This document shows positions 1-13,225 of a stretch of DNA of 64,000 nt, one piece after another. Position 1 is the stretch's first letter. Each line of letters opens with the position of its first letter. A program made the translations under genes and the position numbers. The DNA comes from Azolla caroliniana (taxonomy: Eukaryota > Plantae > Polypodiophyta). Under the pieces are notes generated by a model that was not told the origin of the DNA, did no database searches, and was given only the letters and a program-made list of their open reading frames with translations. The stretch is from assembly GCA_043228905.1 (NCBI GenBank), contig JBHGNT010000016.1, positions 9,486,001-9,550,000 of the forward strand, given 5' to 3'.

Positions 1-1176
1 CAGTTCATGCAGAAGCCGACCGTTGAGCACCTTTAGTGCGCAGACCGGATACTCTGGTATGTTAGCGGCACGAAGGATCGGGGACTGTTATACCGACACG
101 GTATAGCTGGGAAGCTAGTCAGATATACCGATGTTGACTGGGTCAATGATGCTTCGGATCGTCGATCCACCTCCGGTTACATGTTTTCTCTTAGTAGTGT
201 GGTTGTTGCATGAAGTAGCAAAAAGCAGCCAATAGTGGCTTTGTCGAGCACTATGGCTGAATACCAGGGCGGTACCATTGCCACCTGTGAAACTATCTGG
301 CTTCGGAGATTGCTGCGAGACCTTCAGATCGAGGTGCCGACCCCGATCCTGATTTATTGTGACAACGTAAGCAACATATAGCTCTCCAAGAATCCTGTAT
401 TCCATGCTCGGACAAAGCACATAGAAGTGCATTATCACTTTGTTCGTGAGTATGTCCTGAGCGGTGAAGTTGAACTTCAGTATGTTCACACGAATCGGTA
501 GATTGCCGACATCTTCACCAAGCTGCTCGGATTGGACAAGTTGCATCATTTTTCAGAGATGCTTGGCATTCAACATCTCGATGTGCCACACTTGAGGGGG
601 AGAACAAGAACGGGAATGGATGACACCGGACAAGGAGAAGGAGAGGAAGAAAGAACCAAGGGGGAAGATGAGCAAATAAAGGAAGCCGAGCCGATCGAAG
701 GAGTCGGCACATCCGAATAAGTCAAAGCAAATGGTAGAGTCAAGAAGGACAAAGCCGATCAGAAGAAGGCCAAGAGCCGGACGTAGTCCAATGTGGTGAA
801 GTGCCTAAAAACGGAAGAAGAGTCCGACACTACCAACTCGAACAAGAGCTGGAACGAATCGGAGGAAGCCGATTCGGTTCAATAGTTGGATTCGGAAGAG
901 CTCGATCAACTAAAGGCCAAGCAGACAAGAAGGCACTGGAAGTCGAGACAAATACGGGCGAATCGATGGGTCGACAAGCGCCAGAGTCGTAGCAGCAAAG
1001 GAGCTGAGATGGGCCTGCTGAGCAGAAAAGCCGACCAAGGAGCACGAGGTGCACAGAACTGGACTGGACGAGGAGTGCGAGCAAGGCGGGAGGACGTTAA
1101 AAGAAGCTGAAGGAAAGAACCGGCCACTGTAGACACTGACACCATGATCCGACCTCAAGTTGAGCTTGAGGAGGAG
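1..1176 (+). pseudogene. 3' part of a Ty1/copia pol (RT C-terminus, RNase H) plus purine-rich 3' tail and PPT; disrupted
   Basis: Translates to copia RH motifs ([54 protein letters not shown]) with in-frame stops. PPT TTGAGGAGGAG lies just before TG at 1177. Confidence 0.92.
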
Positions 1177-1466
1177 TGTTGAGCGAGCAAGCTCAACCGG
1201 ATCCGGATCGGTATCCGGATGATATCTGGAACCAAGAGCCGAATCGGAGACCTGGATCGGATTGAAACCAGTAGGTCGTTAGAGGCTTAGGGATCCAGCC
1301 TAGTATGTAGGCATAGTTTTGGGGGTCAGTTACAGTCACTCATGTGAGCATTGAAGTACCTGTCAATACTTCTATCAGTCCTTTATGGACTCGCATAAAA
1401 GTCTCTCTCAGCACATTCAATGTACAGAGTCATATATAGAGTATTATTTTTTAATATAGTTTATGT
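1177..1466 (+). repeat. copia 3' LTR, left part (interrupted by a gypsy insertion)
   Basis: Starts TGTTGAGCGAGCAAGCTCAAC directly after the PPT; similar to the LTRs at 31617, 36903 and (reverse) 25209 and 58506. Confidence 0.85.
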
Positions 1467-2262
1467 TGTCATGCCTTTCGGCTCCAGATCGTTGCATGAG
1501 TCGGGTGGGAACCACTGAGGTTTTAGACTAGGAGAAAGAAGAATACAATATAAGGCTAGTTATGAATAGGTAGAAAGAGAAGTAAGAAATAAAAACTTAT
1601 GAATCCCACGTGTTTAGTGTATTTAATCAATATTTAGATTGTAAGAAAGAGAATTTTTATGATAAACTCGTGAATCCCACGAATATATTAGATTGATCAA
1701 TCCTTGTAAAATAATCAACAACATCATACATCTTTCTCTCCTCCTTATATAAGGATGGAAAAGACTAAGCATAGCGTCATGCTTTTTCTAAAGTGTTCAT
1801 GCACACTAAATGTGCATGAGTTGCTTTTTCCACTATGCTTTTATTTCCTAAATATAATGCTCATGCTCGCTAGATGTGCATGAGTAGTTTTTTATAGGTG
1901 TACATTTTGTTTATAAATAAAATATTCACGCATTCTAAACATGCATGACTTACCTTTTAGCGTAAATAAAGGTCTTATATGTATTAAATCTATATTTAAA
2001 ACACTTAGGATAAGTTAGTTCAATGGTAAGGTTGTGGTTTGTCTACGTAGAGGTATAAGGTTCAAATCTTGCCCTATCCATGTAACAATCCTTCCTTCTA
2101 TTTATAAATTTATTTCTTCATCCTGTGAGAGACTCTCACTAGCCTTCCCGGTTCCTCCTTCATCCGGTTCACCTTACCGGGTCCTCCTTACCGGTTCCTC
2201 TTTGTCCCATCCGGAGGAACCAAAATGCAAATTTCACGTACTGTGCGAATTACACTATGACA
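1467..2262 (-). repeat. gypsy 3' LTR (796 bp)
   Basis: TGTCA...TGACA termini; 1838-2262 is repeated at ~11293-11728; abuts the PPT. Confidence 0.9.
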
Positions 2263-2318
2263 CTCACCCCCTCCAAACCCGCACATCCTCCAGTATGTGC
2301 CGAAGTTCCCGATGCTCA

Positions 2319-5300
2319 TTATTCGCCTTCATCCGTAGTACTCTCCGATTCTCCCCTTATGTTGACTACGAGTTGAAGTTCACTTTCTTCGTTTTCCGCA
2401 TCACCGCGATCTTTGTCCGGTTGTTCCTCGTTGTCGGTCTTGTCTAGGGTTACATAGGGTTCGTCATTAGTCCACTTCTTGAAGATCTTTACCCGTATCC
2501 CCGCTATAGGCACTCGTAGTATCGTACCGTTGTCGAAAACTTTCCGAACCTCGTATGGCCTGAACCACCTTTTCGCGAACTTCTATATCGTTGTATGTTG
2601 ATGATCTAAAATACTGTCATAGACAATCACCCAATCTCCTTCTTCAATCTTCCGTGGTTGTAGTTGGTGCTTTGTGTCGAATCGGCTTTTGTTCCGGAAT
2701 CGCGCTTCTTGTTGTTGGCGTGTTGCTTCCGCTATGTCTTCCGGTCTTCCCTCTAGTTGTCGTATCCGGACTGCTAGTAGTTCTTCCCGGCTCATCTCTT
2801 CCTTCCACAACAACACTGTCCATGTCTCAATTGCGGTTTCCGTCAGCATTACCGGTGCTTGTCTGGTCATGAGTTCGGCCGGCAGAAAACCAGTCACAGA
2901 ACTATGCATCGTACGATCCGCCCATAGTTCATATGGGAGCATCTGCGGCCAATCCTCCACCCTTCCATCGCATGCTTTTGCAAGTGCTTTGACAATTGGA
3001 CTATGTCCTCATTCGATCTTCCCGTTGGCTTCCGGATTGTATGTCGTTGTTAGTGTTAACCGAACTCCATGTTTGGTGAAGAATTCCCTAGCTTTATTAG
3101 TGTCGAGTTCTCCCCGATCCGCAATCACTTGTCCTACACACCCGTACCTGCAAAACACTTCTTCCAAAAGAAATTGGCATACTGCAGAACATGTTTTCCT
3201 CTGTAGTGCTTGACCTTCTACTTGGTTTGTGAGATCTTCCCGAGCTAACACCAAGTACTTCTTTTGTTCGATCCCGGTTGGCATGGCTACAATGTCGACC
3301 ATCCATTTGAAGTTGATTGTTGGTGAGAATGTCGGATGTAACTCATCCTGCTGTCGAACCCTGGAGTAGACTTGGTATTTCTCACAGCTTTCCGTGAACT
3401 CCGCGACATCTTTGTACATATTCTTCCACCAATATCTTTGCTTGATCTTCACAAATGTTGGCCAATCAGATTCGTGAAATTTGGACATTATCTGGTTTCG
3501 TTGCTCTTTTGTCCCGACTACTCGAAGTGGTATGCCATCCGGTCTTTTCGGCTCCCACCATATTAATCCATTTTTCAAGAAGAACTTTCGCACTTGCCGC
3601 TTCTTACTTCGGATCTCGGCTCTCTTCTCTTTATTTTCCAATGATTCCTCGATTTCTTGTAGCACTTTCCCAATCAACAAGCTTTCTCCCTCGTATTCTT
3701 CTTCCCGGAATTCTCGGATTACGTTCACCCGACATATGTACTCTAAAGCAAAGTAGTCTTTGGAAACTTCTTCATTATCGGATTCGGTTATGTTGTCTCT
3801 GAACCGCGCCCTTGATAGCATATCTGCTACCGCGTTGTCTTTTCCGGAGATGTGTCATACCTCCGGATTAAGTGACTTAACATATGCAATCGACCTTAAC
3901 ATAGCCACATCCGATATAGTACAACACCGCATCATCCCGAGTATCGGAACACAATCCGTTTCGATCTCTACTTCGGCTCCGATCAAATAATCTCGATCCG
4001 ATTTGATTGCCGACACGACTCCCCATAATTCTCTTTTGACTTGTGCATATCCGCCTTGCATCTGATCCCGGTTGGACATGTATCAACCGTTACTATGATC
4101 GATCGCTCATAGCTCGGCTTCTAAAGTGCTTCAGCTCTCCGCAGTGTTTTCTTGAGCTTCTTCATGGCTTTGGTGTGTTCCAGTTTCCATTCGAACTTCA
4201 TCCCCCCTTCCGCGCAACAAGTGATAGAGTGGGTTCGCAATATGTGCATAGTGCGGAATCCATATGTGATAGAATGCACATCCTCCAAGAAACCTTCGGA
4301 CTTTGGATTGTGACTCACATACTTCTTTCATGGCTTGAATCGCATGGATCTTGGTTGGTGACGGTCTTCGGCCGTAGGGCCCACATAGATATCCAATTAC
4401 TAATATCTCTTCTTGCCCGAATGCCGATTTCTCCCCAGAAAGTGTTAGGTGCACATCTTCTAACTTTCGAAGCACTTTCTCGCAATCATGAATATGGTCG
4501 ACTATGAACTTTCGGCATCCCCAATCATCCATAGTTTCATCTCTTTCTTCTACCACACATCCTTTCATCGGAATGTCATCTAGGAATGACATCATTATCT
4601 CCGAGATGCAATCTCGAGGCACCTTTTCATTGCGTTCATCATATGTGCCACCGAGTTTGTCGCTCCTTGTGGTAGTGTGCACATTTGGACTAATCCTATC
4701 GGTGTTCGCATGGTAGTGATGTCTCGGCTCTCCACGGCTAGTTGGAATTGGTCATACCCCGAGTATAGGTCTCCGATGGAGTATATCGCACGACCGGCAA
4801 ATGCTTCCGCAAATTCGTCCACTATTGGACCGACTCCGGAGTTCCGGATCGTGACCTTGTTCACCTGTTGCAAGTCTTGGATAAATCGGAGTGAACCATT
4901 CTTCTTCGGAATCGTAAACCATCGATTTGAGTACGGAGCGTTTGATGGCTTTAGAATCCCCATCGCCACCTTCTCCTTGAGCAACTCGATGACTTTCGGA
5001 ATATGCGCCTATGGCACCGGAATCGGCTTCAGGTTCCACAACACATGATCAATCGTGAAGATCACCATCGGCTCCACTATCTTCGGATCAACGCACCCTA
5101 TCTCTTTCGATGTGAATGCAAATGCTTTTCCATGTTGTTCCAACATCTCACGAAATCGTTCTTCTTCTTTATGTAAGAGGAAACCACCTCCACCGATCCG
5201 AAGTTTTTTCCGGGTTTCATCCGTGAAGGCATGTCCGATATCCACCGACTTTCGAAGTGTTGGATCTCCCGAGACTTCTTCCCTCTTTTTTTTGCAATCG

Positions 5301-6195
5301 ACGGGTAGCGGTCCCGCGGCCGGTTTCACTTTCTTCTCCACGGTCTTGTATTTCGTACTGACCATTGCTTCTTCTTTGCGGAGCACATCCGGCCCCATTT
5401 TCGCAATGATCTCGTACATCTCGACCGATTCCACCGGAACTACCCGGTCTCCCTAGCTATTTTCTTTCGCAAGATCTTCAAGCCATTGTAGCGTGCTCCC
5501 ATGGAACACTTCTTCGACTACTCCCACGATTTCTTCGTCTTCTTTTATTATTGATGCTGACCGTAACTTATCCTCTACTTGTCGGTATTCTTTCTTCATT
5601 CCTCCGGTTATGGCTGTGTACATGGATGCCCCATCCGGACCGATTTGTACTTGTTTTGCTTTGAGAGTTTTCTGCCTGTGTCTCCGCTTTGACTCCGAAT
5701 TCGTGCGAAAGTCGCACCGCTATCGAGCACCTTCGTCTCCATCCATGATGCCGTGATAAAGGGTTGCCCAAGGATCACGGAGTGTGAGACCTCATCTTGC
5801 ACGAAGAAATTTTGGTCTATCTCCATATCTCCGATCTTCACTATTACATTCGAACAAGCCGCAAATAGGTCTTCTGTTGCTTTAGTGGCTGCCCGGATCT
5901 TCCATCCATGATTAGTATTAATAGGGCACTTCCCCTTTCGGTAGAACTCCTTGGACATCAAGTTGATCTCCGATCCGTGATCAAGCAATGCTAGTACGAG
6001 CTCTTTGATGTTGCCGATTTGAACCGGAGTCTCCGTAGTTGCACGTGCCCAATGTGGCCTTGGGTAGTGGGAGTTCGGAATTTCGTCCTCGAATTCGGTG
6101 TCATTCATTAAAACGGTATTTGCATTCACCCTTGGAGCATTTTCCTCCGTACTTTGTCTTTTCCTCTTCACGACATCCACAAGAAGATCGTGGAA
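2319..6195 (-). pseudogene. gypsy pol (aspartic protease, RT, RNase H, integrase), frameshifted
   Basis: ALLDHGSEINLM (PR); KKNGSLRFIQDL, DLYSGYDQF, LPQGATNS, FLDDI (RT); IETDCVPI, AVADMLSR (RH); WMVDIV, IADRGE, YNPEANGKIE, LWADR (INT). Confidence 0.92.
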
Positions 6196-7561
6196 AACAC
6201 CTTTGCATTCATAAGTGGAAGGATTGCGCATTCCACTTATAGATTCCTTTTATAATCTTGTGATTTTAGACAATTTCCAAAAACTTCATACACCAGTATC
6301 ACATGTTTTAAATAGCATGTAAATTTTGCTAATTTTTTGAGATTTAACAAATTTCAAAATGATCATTTCTAAAATTGAATAGTTTAGGGATAAATGTTTA
6401 AATGTTGATGGTTTGTAGATATGAAATGTAGTTAACTTAAAGAAAATCACAATTATGGTCAACTCAAGGCACAAGTTAAGATTAATGGTTTCACCATATT
6501 GAGAAGATTAAGGTTACATTTATTGTTAGACTTGAAAATGTTTTAAGTATAAAAGGTAATATTGCAATCCTTAATGTCATCATCTATAAATTAGTGCTCA
6601 TTAACATCCATAAATTCACAACTCAAGAAATGTAGACAATATTCATAAACAATTTTGATAAATCCACAACTCCTAAAATGTAGATGATATTCATAAACTG
6701 TCAAACTTTAGATGTGAACATTAATATATCAATTTGAACATAACACATAGTTATCAGGGTATCTACAATGTTATAATCTCCTTCCTTATAAGAATTCCCC
6801 TTCAAAATTTGTGAAGTAAATGGCATTTGCAAAGTTCAATTACCATCAACACAATTATTAATGGTTTTCTTCTAATAAATGAAGCACATATTTACCATAA
6901 GGTATCTTGTTGTGCAACATACATCTTTAAAAAACCTCTTTTATTTGAAAAACAACAAGAGTTTTAAACATGAACACGATATGTTGTATTGAATTGACGT
7001 AAAAAATAGAGTTTTCATCATAACTCTATACAATATATTGAATTCATGTTCAAAGTTTTTTTACCAGATTTAAATAATAATAATAATAATAAATTAAGCT
7101 TGAGTTCATAGAAAAACCAGATTTTTCATCACAATTCAATACAATGTATCGAGTTCATGTTTAAAGTAATTTTTTCTAATTTTTAAAAAAACATTTTCAA
7201 TTTGTTTCAATATTTTATTTTATTTTCAATTTTTTTTTGTTTTTTCCAATTTTTTTCATTTTTTAATTTTTTTATGGAAAAATTAATAATTTTAAACATG
7301 AACTCGATACATTGTATCGACTTGTGATAAAAACTCTGGTTTTTTCATCACTTATTAAAGCTCAAAAAAAAATTCTAAGACAGAGACAAAATTAGTACTA
7401 ATGAGAATTTAAGGTGTAGAACACTTGAGAAAAGAAGAGATAGAGAGAGTGTGTGTGAGAGAGAGAGGGATTGAGAGGGAATGATGATGACAACGATATA
7501 CTGTGTGACAAGAATATACAAGGAACGCTCGATATAGTAAAAATGAAAATAATATTCTATA

Positions 7562-8765
7562 CATTACAATGTATGGTCTAATGGTCAAGAGGGGGACCCA
7601 TGTAGCATAAGGTCATGGGTTCGAGTCCTACCATATCATGAAATGAGTTAATCTATCTCTTTTACATGAACTCATAACTTTTTGACATGAACTCGATACG
7701 GCGTATCGAGTTCATGTTGAAAAGCTAACTCTTGTACATGAACTCGATACGCCGTATCGAGTTCATGTTGAAAAGATAACTTTTTGACATGAACTCGATA
7801 AGCCGTATCGAGTTCATGTTTAAAGTTTTATTTCGGATTTTTTTTATTTCATGTTGAAAAGCTAACTCTTTTACATGAACTCGATACGGCGTATCGAGTT
7901 CATGTTGAAAAGCTAACTCTTGTACATGAACTCGATACGCCGTATCGAGTTCATGTTGAAAAGCTAACTTTTTGACATGAACTCGATACGGCGTATCGAG
8001 TTCATGTTTAAAGTTTTATTTCGGATTTTTTTTTAAAGATAATTACATTTTTTCCTATTTTATTTTTGGTATTTTTTCCTATTAACGCTTTAATAAGCGA
8101 TGAAAATAATATTTCATGTATTACAATGTATGGTGTAATGGTCAAGAGCTCAACCCATGTAGCAAAAGGTCATGGGTTTGAGTCTTACCATATCATGACA
8201 TGAACTAAGCTAACTTCTTTACATGAACTCGATACGCCGTATCGAGTTCATGTTGAAAAGCTAACTTTTTTACATGAACTCGATACGGCGTAGCGAGTTC
8301 ATGTTTAAAGTTTTATTTCGGATTTTTTTTTAAAAATAATTACATTTTTTTCTATTTTATTTTGGTGTTTTCTTTTTTTTCTAAAAAAAATTACGCTTTA
8401 ATAAGTGATGAAAATAATGTTTTATGTATTACAATGTATGGTCTCATGGTCAAAAGCTCGACCCATGTAGCGTAAGGTTATGGGTTCGAGTCCTACCATA
8501 TCATGACATGAACTAAGCTAACTTTCATACATGAACTCGATACGCCGTATCGAGTTCATGTTTAAAGTTTTATTTCGGATTTTTTTAAATAAATAATTAC
8601 ATTTTTTCCTATTTTATTTTGGTGGTTTGTTTTTTTTCTAAAAAAATTTGAGCTTTAATAAGTGATAAAAATAATATTTTATGTATTACAATGTATGGTC
8701 TAATGGTCAAGAGCTTGACCCATGTAGCATAAGGTCATGGGTTCAAGTCCTACCATATCATGACA
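7562..8765 (+). repeat. four tRNA-like (Pol III A-box/B-box) units at ~7574, 8131, 8438, 8696
   Basis: TGGTCTAATGGT ... GGTTCGAGTCC with tRNA-like spacing; no intact cloverleaf. Confidence 0.7.
7685..8562. repeat. array of ~9 33-bp palindromes ACATGAACTCGATAC-GGC/GCC-GTATCGAGTTCATGT
   Basis: Directly visible; 51-bp period within clusters; half-sites also scattered through the arms. Confidence 0.92.
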
Positions 8766-10242
8766 TGAAAAGTTTAATTTTGGATTTTTAAAAAAAAATA
8801 ATTACATTTTTTTCTATTTTATTTTGGTATTTTGTTTTTTTTCTAAAACAAAATTGAGCTTTAATAAGTGATGAAAAAACCAGAGCTTTTATCACAAGTC
8901 GATACAATCAAATTGATGTTTAAAAAATAAAACAAAATCAATAATTTTTTTTTAAAAATTGACAAAAATTGAAACAAAATTGAAAACAATTAGAAAAAAT
9001 TACTTTAAGCATGAACTCAATACATTATATCGAATTGTGATGAAAAATTATGGTTTTCTAGATGAACTCAAGCACAATTTATTATTATCATTATTTTTTA
9101 AATCCAGTAATAAAAACTTTGAGCAAGAATTCAATACATTGTATGGAATTATGATGAAAACTCTATTTTTTACATCAACTCGATACAACATATCGACTTA
9201 ATGTTTAAAATCTTGTTGTTTTTCAAATAAAAGAGGTTTTTTAAACATGAACTTGAATCGTACTAAAATGTTTGTTTTAACAAGAGAAAAAGATGTATAT
9301 CGATAGTGCAAACAAGTATGTTGTACAACAAGATACTTTATGGTGAACACGTGCATCATTGATTAACAAAAAACTATTAATAATTGTGTTGATGGTAATT
9401 GAACCTTGCAAATGCCATTTACATGGTCCATATAGTGTTCGCGTGGTTCTTAATCACTACTTAATGTTAATCTTTATAGTTGGAACGAAGGATGACAACA
9501 CAAGCATAACTCAGATGAGAAGGAAAATTGCAAGAACTCAAGATGGGGATATTAATAGCTACACATGTAGATGGCCATGACCTAGGGTACCAATTCTGCA
9601 TTGGTAAAGTTTTGGACGTGATGATGTATTAAACCTTTGTAATACATCTATCATTGACATTAATGAGGTGGATATCATTATGTATGACTTTACACAGACA
9701 AAAGTTGGATGTATAAGGACAACAACGATATGCATAATAAAAGAGATATTAGCAAGTCTAGAAGATATCTCATATTGAAGGCGAAGAAGATTTATTGCAC
9801 AAAATTTGGAAATACCATTTGGTGAAGACAATGATTTGATTGGTACATTGGAAGATGAGGAGGAAGAGTCACAATTGTATATTATCTATAATAGTGATTC
9901 TCATGAAAAGAATGATGATAGTCATGCAAATAACTCCCAAATGTATTTATTGTGCAACTATATGTAACAAATTTAGACAACATTTTATCGAATGGAATAA
10001 AAACGTTCATTGTTTTGAAATATTCTACTTTGATTTCTTTAAGATCTAAAAACTTATTAGTTGTCATTTTTCTTTAAAAATCCACAAAGTTACTTTTCAT
10101 ATTTTACCCAAATTTGGCATTTTTCAATTTTACCAAATGGTGAAATTTTCAACTTTTTCATCAAGTTTTGGAGAACATGTGATACTAGTATCAAGACGTT
10201 TTGTGAAATGGCAAAAAAAACCCCAAAATCAAATGGAATATT

Positions 10243-11292
10243 CCTTATCCTTCCGCTTGTGCGCGATCCTTCCACTTGTGAACGCAAACGTGTTGGAACT
10301 CCTTCTTCGCTATTCTGAGTAATTCCCGATGCGAAAATTCTACCTGGCTATCGAGGATTCTCTCCTCGAACACATTTTTCAAGTCCGTTTGTTGTTCGAT
10401 GTCCGAGGCGAGCTTGAATGCCGGAATCGTCTTTTCTTTTGCCTTCCCTCCGGAGTTCTAGCTTTTCGGTGTCTTCGATGGTTCGGTTGCATCATCCGTG
10501 CACTGTCGTTTCTCGTCTATATACACTTCATGCAATTGACATAAGGCGTACACACTATTCTTCTTGACGGGGCACTCCCATCCTGTAGCTTCACGGATGC
10601 CTTCCGCGGTGCTTCGGATCTCATTAGAGTCGGTTTTCTCAGGGTTTTCTAGCACATCCGACCAAAAAGACGCCTTTGCTCCCGATGACTCACCCACACT
10701 TATTCCCGCGGTTGTTGCATAATTACCTTTCGCCGCTATTTCCTCCTCTATGACCTTCTTCATGCCGCCTTTCCGGAAGTTCGGTCGGAGTGGCTTCCGA
10801 GAGTCCATCGAATGAATCTGATTTCCCTCGTGATAGATAAGATCTCGTTGTAACGCCTCCTTGTGCTCGTCGCAATCCCTCCGATCATGTTCAGTGCTAT
10901 CACACCATATACACCGACAATCCGTATACTTGGAACTTGTAGGACAGTCATCCGACTTCTTCACCATCGCGATTTTTAGATTCTCCATCTCCTTCAGCAA
11001 CTGCTCCACCGTGGTTGCGTCGATTTCCTTCTCGGTCGTAGTCTCCCGAGCCCGCAGTTGATGGTCTTCCAGTCCGGATCTTGGTTTCGGAATCGGTTCC
11101 GAAACCTTGTTTTCTTCGTTAGCAAGCCATTGCCCCCTCTTCGTGTATCGTGTGACGATATCCTACACGCTTTCCCATGTTTTGGTGAGGCCACTCTCAA
11201 TGGCCATGTCCTCCAAAAGCACTCCAAGATCTTTCCGGTCCCAGATGTCCACGACTCATAGGAACATGATCACTTTGTCCAGTGCGAGGATA
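10243..11292 (-). pseudogene. gypsy gag C-terminal part (zinc knuckle)
   Basis: ORF 10458-11009 has CIWCDSTEHDRRDC (CCHC knuckle); homologous to the gag at 50450-52382. Confidence 0.85.
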
Positions 11293-11728
11293 GCTTTTAT
11301 TTCCTAAATATAATGCTCACGCTCGCTAGATGTGCATGAGTAATTTTTTATAGGTGTACATTTTTCTTATAAATAAAGTATTCATGCATTCTAAAAATGC
11401 ATGACTTACCTTTTAATAAAGGTAGGCGTAAATAAAGGTCTTATACATATTAAATCCTTATTTAAAACACTTAGGATAAGTTAGTACAATGGTAAGGTTG
11501 TGGTTTGTCTATGTGGAGGTATAGGGTTTGAATCCTGCCCTATGCATGTAATAATCTTTCCTTCTATTTATAAATTTGACTCTTCATCCGGTGAGAGACT
11601 CTCACCAGCCTTCCTTACCGGTTCCTCCTTCATCCGGTTCTCAGCGGTTCTCCTTACCGGTTCCTCCTTGTCCCATCCGGAGGAACCAAAATGCAAATTT
11701 CACATAGTGTGCGAATTACACTATGACA
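11293..11728 (-). repeat. gypsy 5' LTR, partial (a deletion removed the gag start, PBS and part of the LTR)
   Basis: Close match to 1838-2262; ends ...CACTATGACA. Confidence 0.88.
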
Positions 11729-11855
11729 ACGTTCTGCTCTCTCTATGTCTCTCTTGTGCATATTCTCTGTGTTAAGCTTCCATTGAACCTTTCTCTCTAC
11801 TGTTGCTATCCGGTAGAGCCGGTTTGTAATACGCTTCCGCATGCTAACTTTTACA
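11729..11855 (+). repeat. copia 3' LTR, right part
   Basis: CT-rich U5 ending CTTTTACA, like the LTR ends at 31994 and 37303; continues the LTR broken at 1466. Confidence 0.75.
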
Positions 11856-12075
11856 TCCCTGCATCTATGATGAAGCACAAAGCCAATCAAATGGGAGTGG
11901 GCACTTCAAAGCCAAAGAGGTGTGGTATGTGCACTCTGGCACTTCCAAGCACATGACAAACCATTGTTAAGAGTAATGTGTAGAAGCTCGTACACACAAC
12001 TGGCTCAGCCGGATAACAACAGAAATAGGACGAAGGTTTAATGGAAACCTTGTATGAAAATATAGAGAAATTTGT
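11856..12075. mobile_element. small copia fragments: protease motif (+) and an inverted LTR end (-)
   Basis: MMKHKANQM...VWYVHSGTSKHMTNH; from ~11965 the sequence is the reverse complement of a U5 similar to 11790-11855. Confidence 0.65.
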
Positions 12076-12246
12076 TGCAAAGATGCGCATGCATGTGTGC
12101 TTTGCTTGAACTGGACCACCAGGGTCTCGGACCTAGGAGGACGTCCCTCAAGTTATTGAGAAGAGGACGATGTGAATGTAAGATTTGAGGAAACAATGCT
12201 ATACTTGAGAAGATCGAAAATTTGTAGAATTGAGAAGAAGATAAAC

Positions 12247-12322
12247 AAGAAGAAGAAGAAGAAGAAGAAGAAGAATATATTGATGGTGATGATGGTGATG
12301 ATGGTGATGATGGTGATGATGA
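12247..12322. repeat. (GAA)n and (GATGGTGAT)n microsatellites
   Basis: Directly visible. Confidence 0.9.
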
Positions 12323-13225
12323 TATCACATATTGAGCACCTCCATGCTTGTGACATTCACAAAACCATGGGCTAAGACCATAGTTTTCTACACACGGTTT
12401 TGCTTATGACATGCAGAAAACCATAGGCTTAAACCATGGTGTTGTGTACATGGTTTTGTACGTTTGTTTCCTTTGCAATACTGAATATGAGAAGAAAATA
12501 TACAAAATCTACAACACTCAGTAGTAGCTTTAATGGTAAGTCAATTGTCTCCTATCTTGGAGGTGCAAGGTTCAAATTGTACTTACACCAGTCTATACGC
12601 ACTCAATGCCAGTAGGCCCTAGGTTTATTTATTATTGATTTATTTGCATGTTTACAAGTATTTGTGAAATGTGCATCTGGGTCGAAGCACGCTACGGTGT
12701 ACCAGAAAAGTACTGTTTTTGGCCACAAAAATTGTCAGTACTTTCAATACTATTAGTACTGAATAATTCAGAAAAAAAATTAGAGAAAAAGAAAATCGAT
12801 TTTGGAGAGTGGGGTGACTGTAGTACAAGTGTCATTTACTGTAGAAGGAGTGGGGAGAACACGTGAGGAGATGTTCTTCCATTTTGGGGGCTATTTTCCC
12901 CTCACGTCGATTTTGGCGCTTCCCCTCACGTCGTTTTGGCGCTTCCCCTCATACTCCTCTTCCTATATCCCTCTGAGCTTTTCATCACAGACATCCATGT
13001 CACGTTTCTGATTTTCCTTCAATCTAAATCTTAGACATCCATGTCTGGTTGGAGAGTTTGAGTTGAGGATTTCTGATTTTTTTAGGGTTTCTGTTTTTGT
13101 TAGGGTTTAGGTTGAGGTACAGAGACTGTTCTGAGGGTTTAGGTAGCAGCCAATAGTGACTTTTTCGACAACGACTTTCTTACTTCCACCGATTGTAGTT
13201 GATGTCGTGGTGATTTGGGGCTTTT

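Larger units (their letters stand above)
6196..10242. mobile_element. AT-rich non-coding foldback-like insertion with long inverted arms and a central palindrome/tRNA-like array; superfamily unknown
   Basis: Interrupts the gypsy gag-pol. 6816-~7365 is the reverse complement of ~8855-9422, and weaker inverted similarity continues outward (e.g. AGTATCACATGTT ~6294-6306 vs AACATGTGATACT ~10174-10186). No TSD seen. Confidence 0.65.
1467..11728 (-). mobile_element. Ty3/gypsy LTR retrotransposon, decayed, inserted into the copia LTR; contains a 4-kb foldback insertion
   Basis: LTR TGTCA...TGACA at 1467-2262 and partial matching LTR at ~11293-11728; PPT complement CTCACCCCCTCC at 2263-2274; gag/PR/RT/RH/INT fragments on the minus strand; flanks ATGT/ACGT. 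Confidence 0.88.

Noticed and set aside
7685-8562. CRISPR-like array of palindromic repeats
   Set aside because: Spacers are near-identical 18-mers rather than unique, there are no cas genes, and the context is eukaryotic.
7562-8765. Functional tRNA genes
   Set aside because: A and B boxes are present, but no consistent acceptor or anticodon stems.
12038-12375. Low-complexity ORFs (poly-S, poly-K, poly-F)
   Set aside because: Translations of microsatellites.
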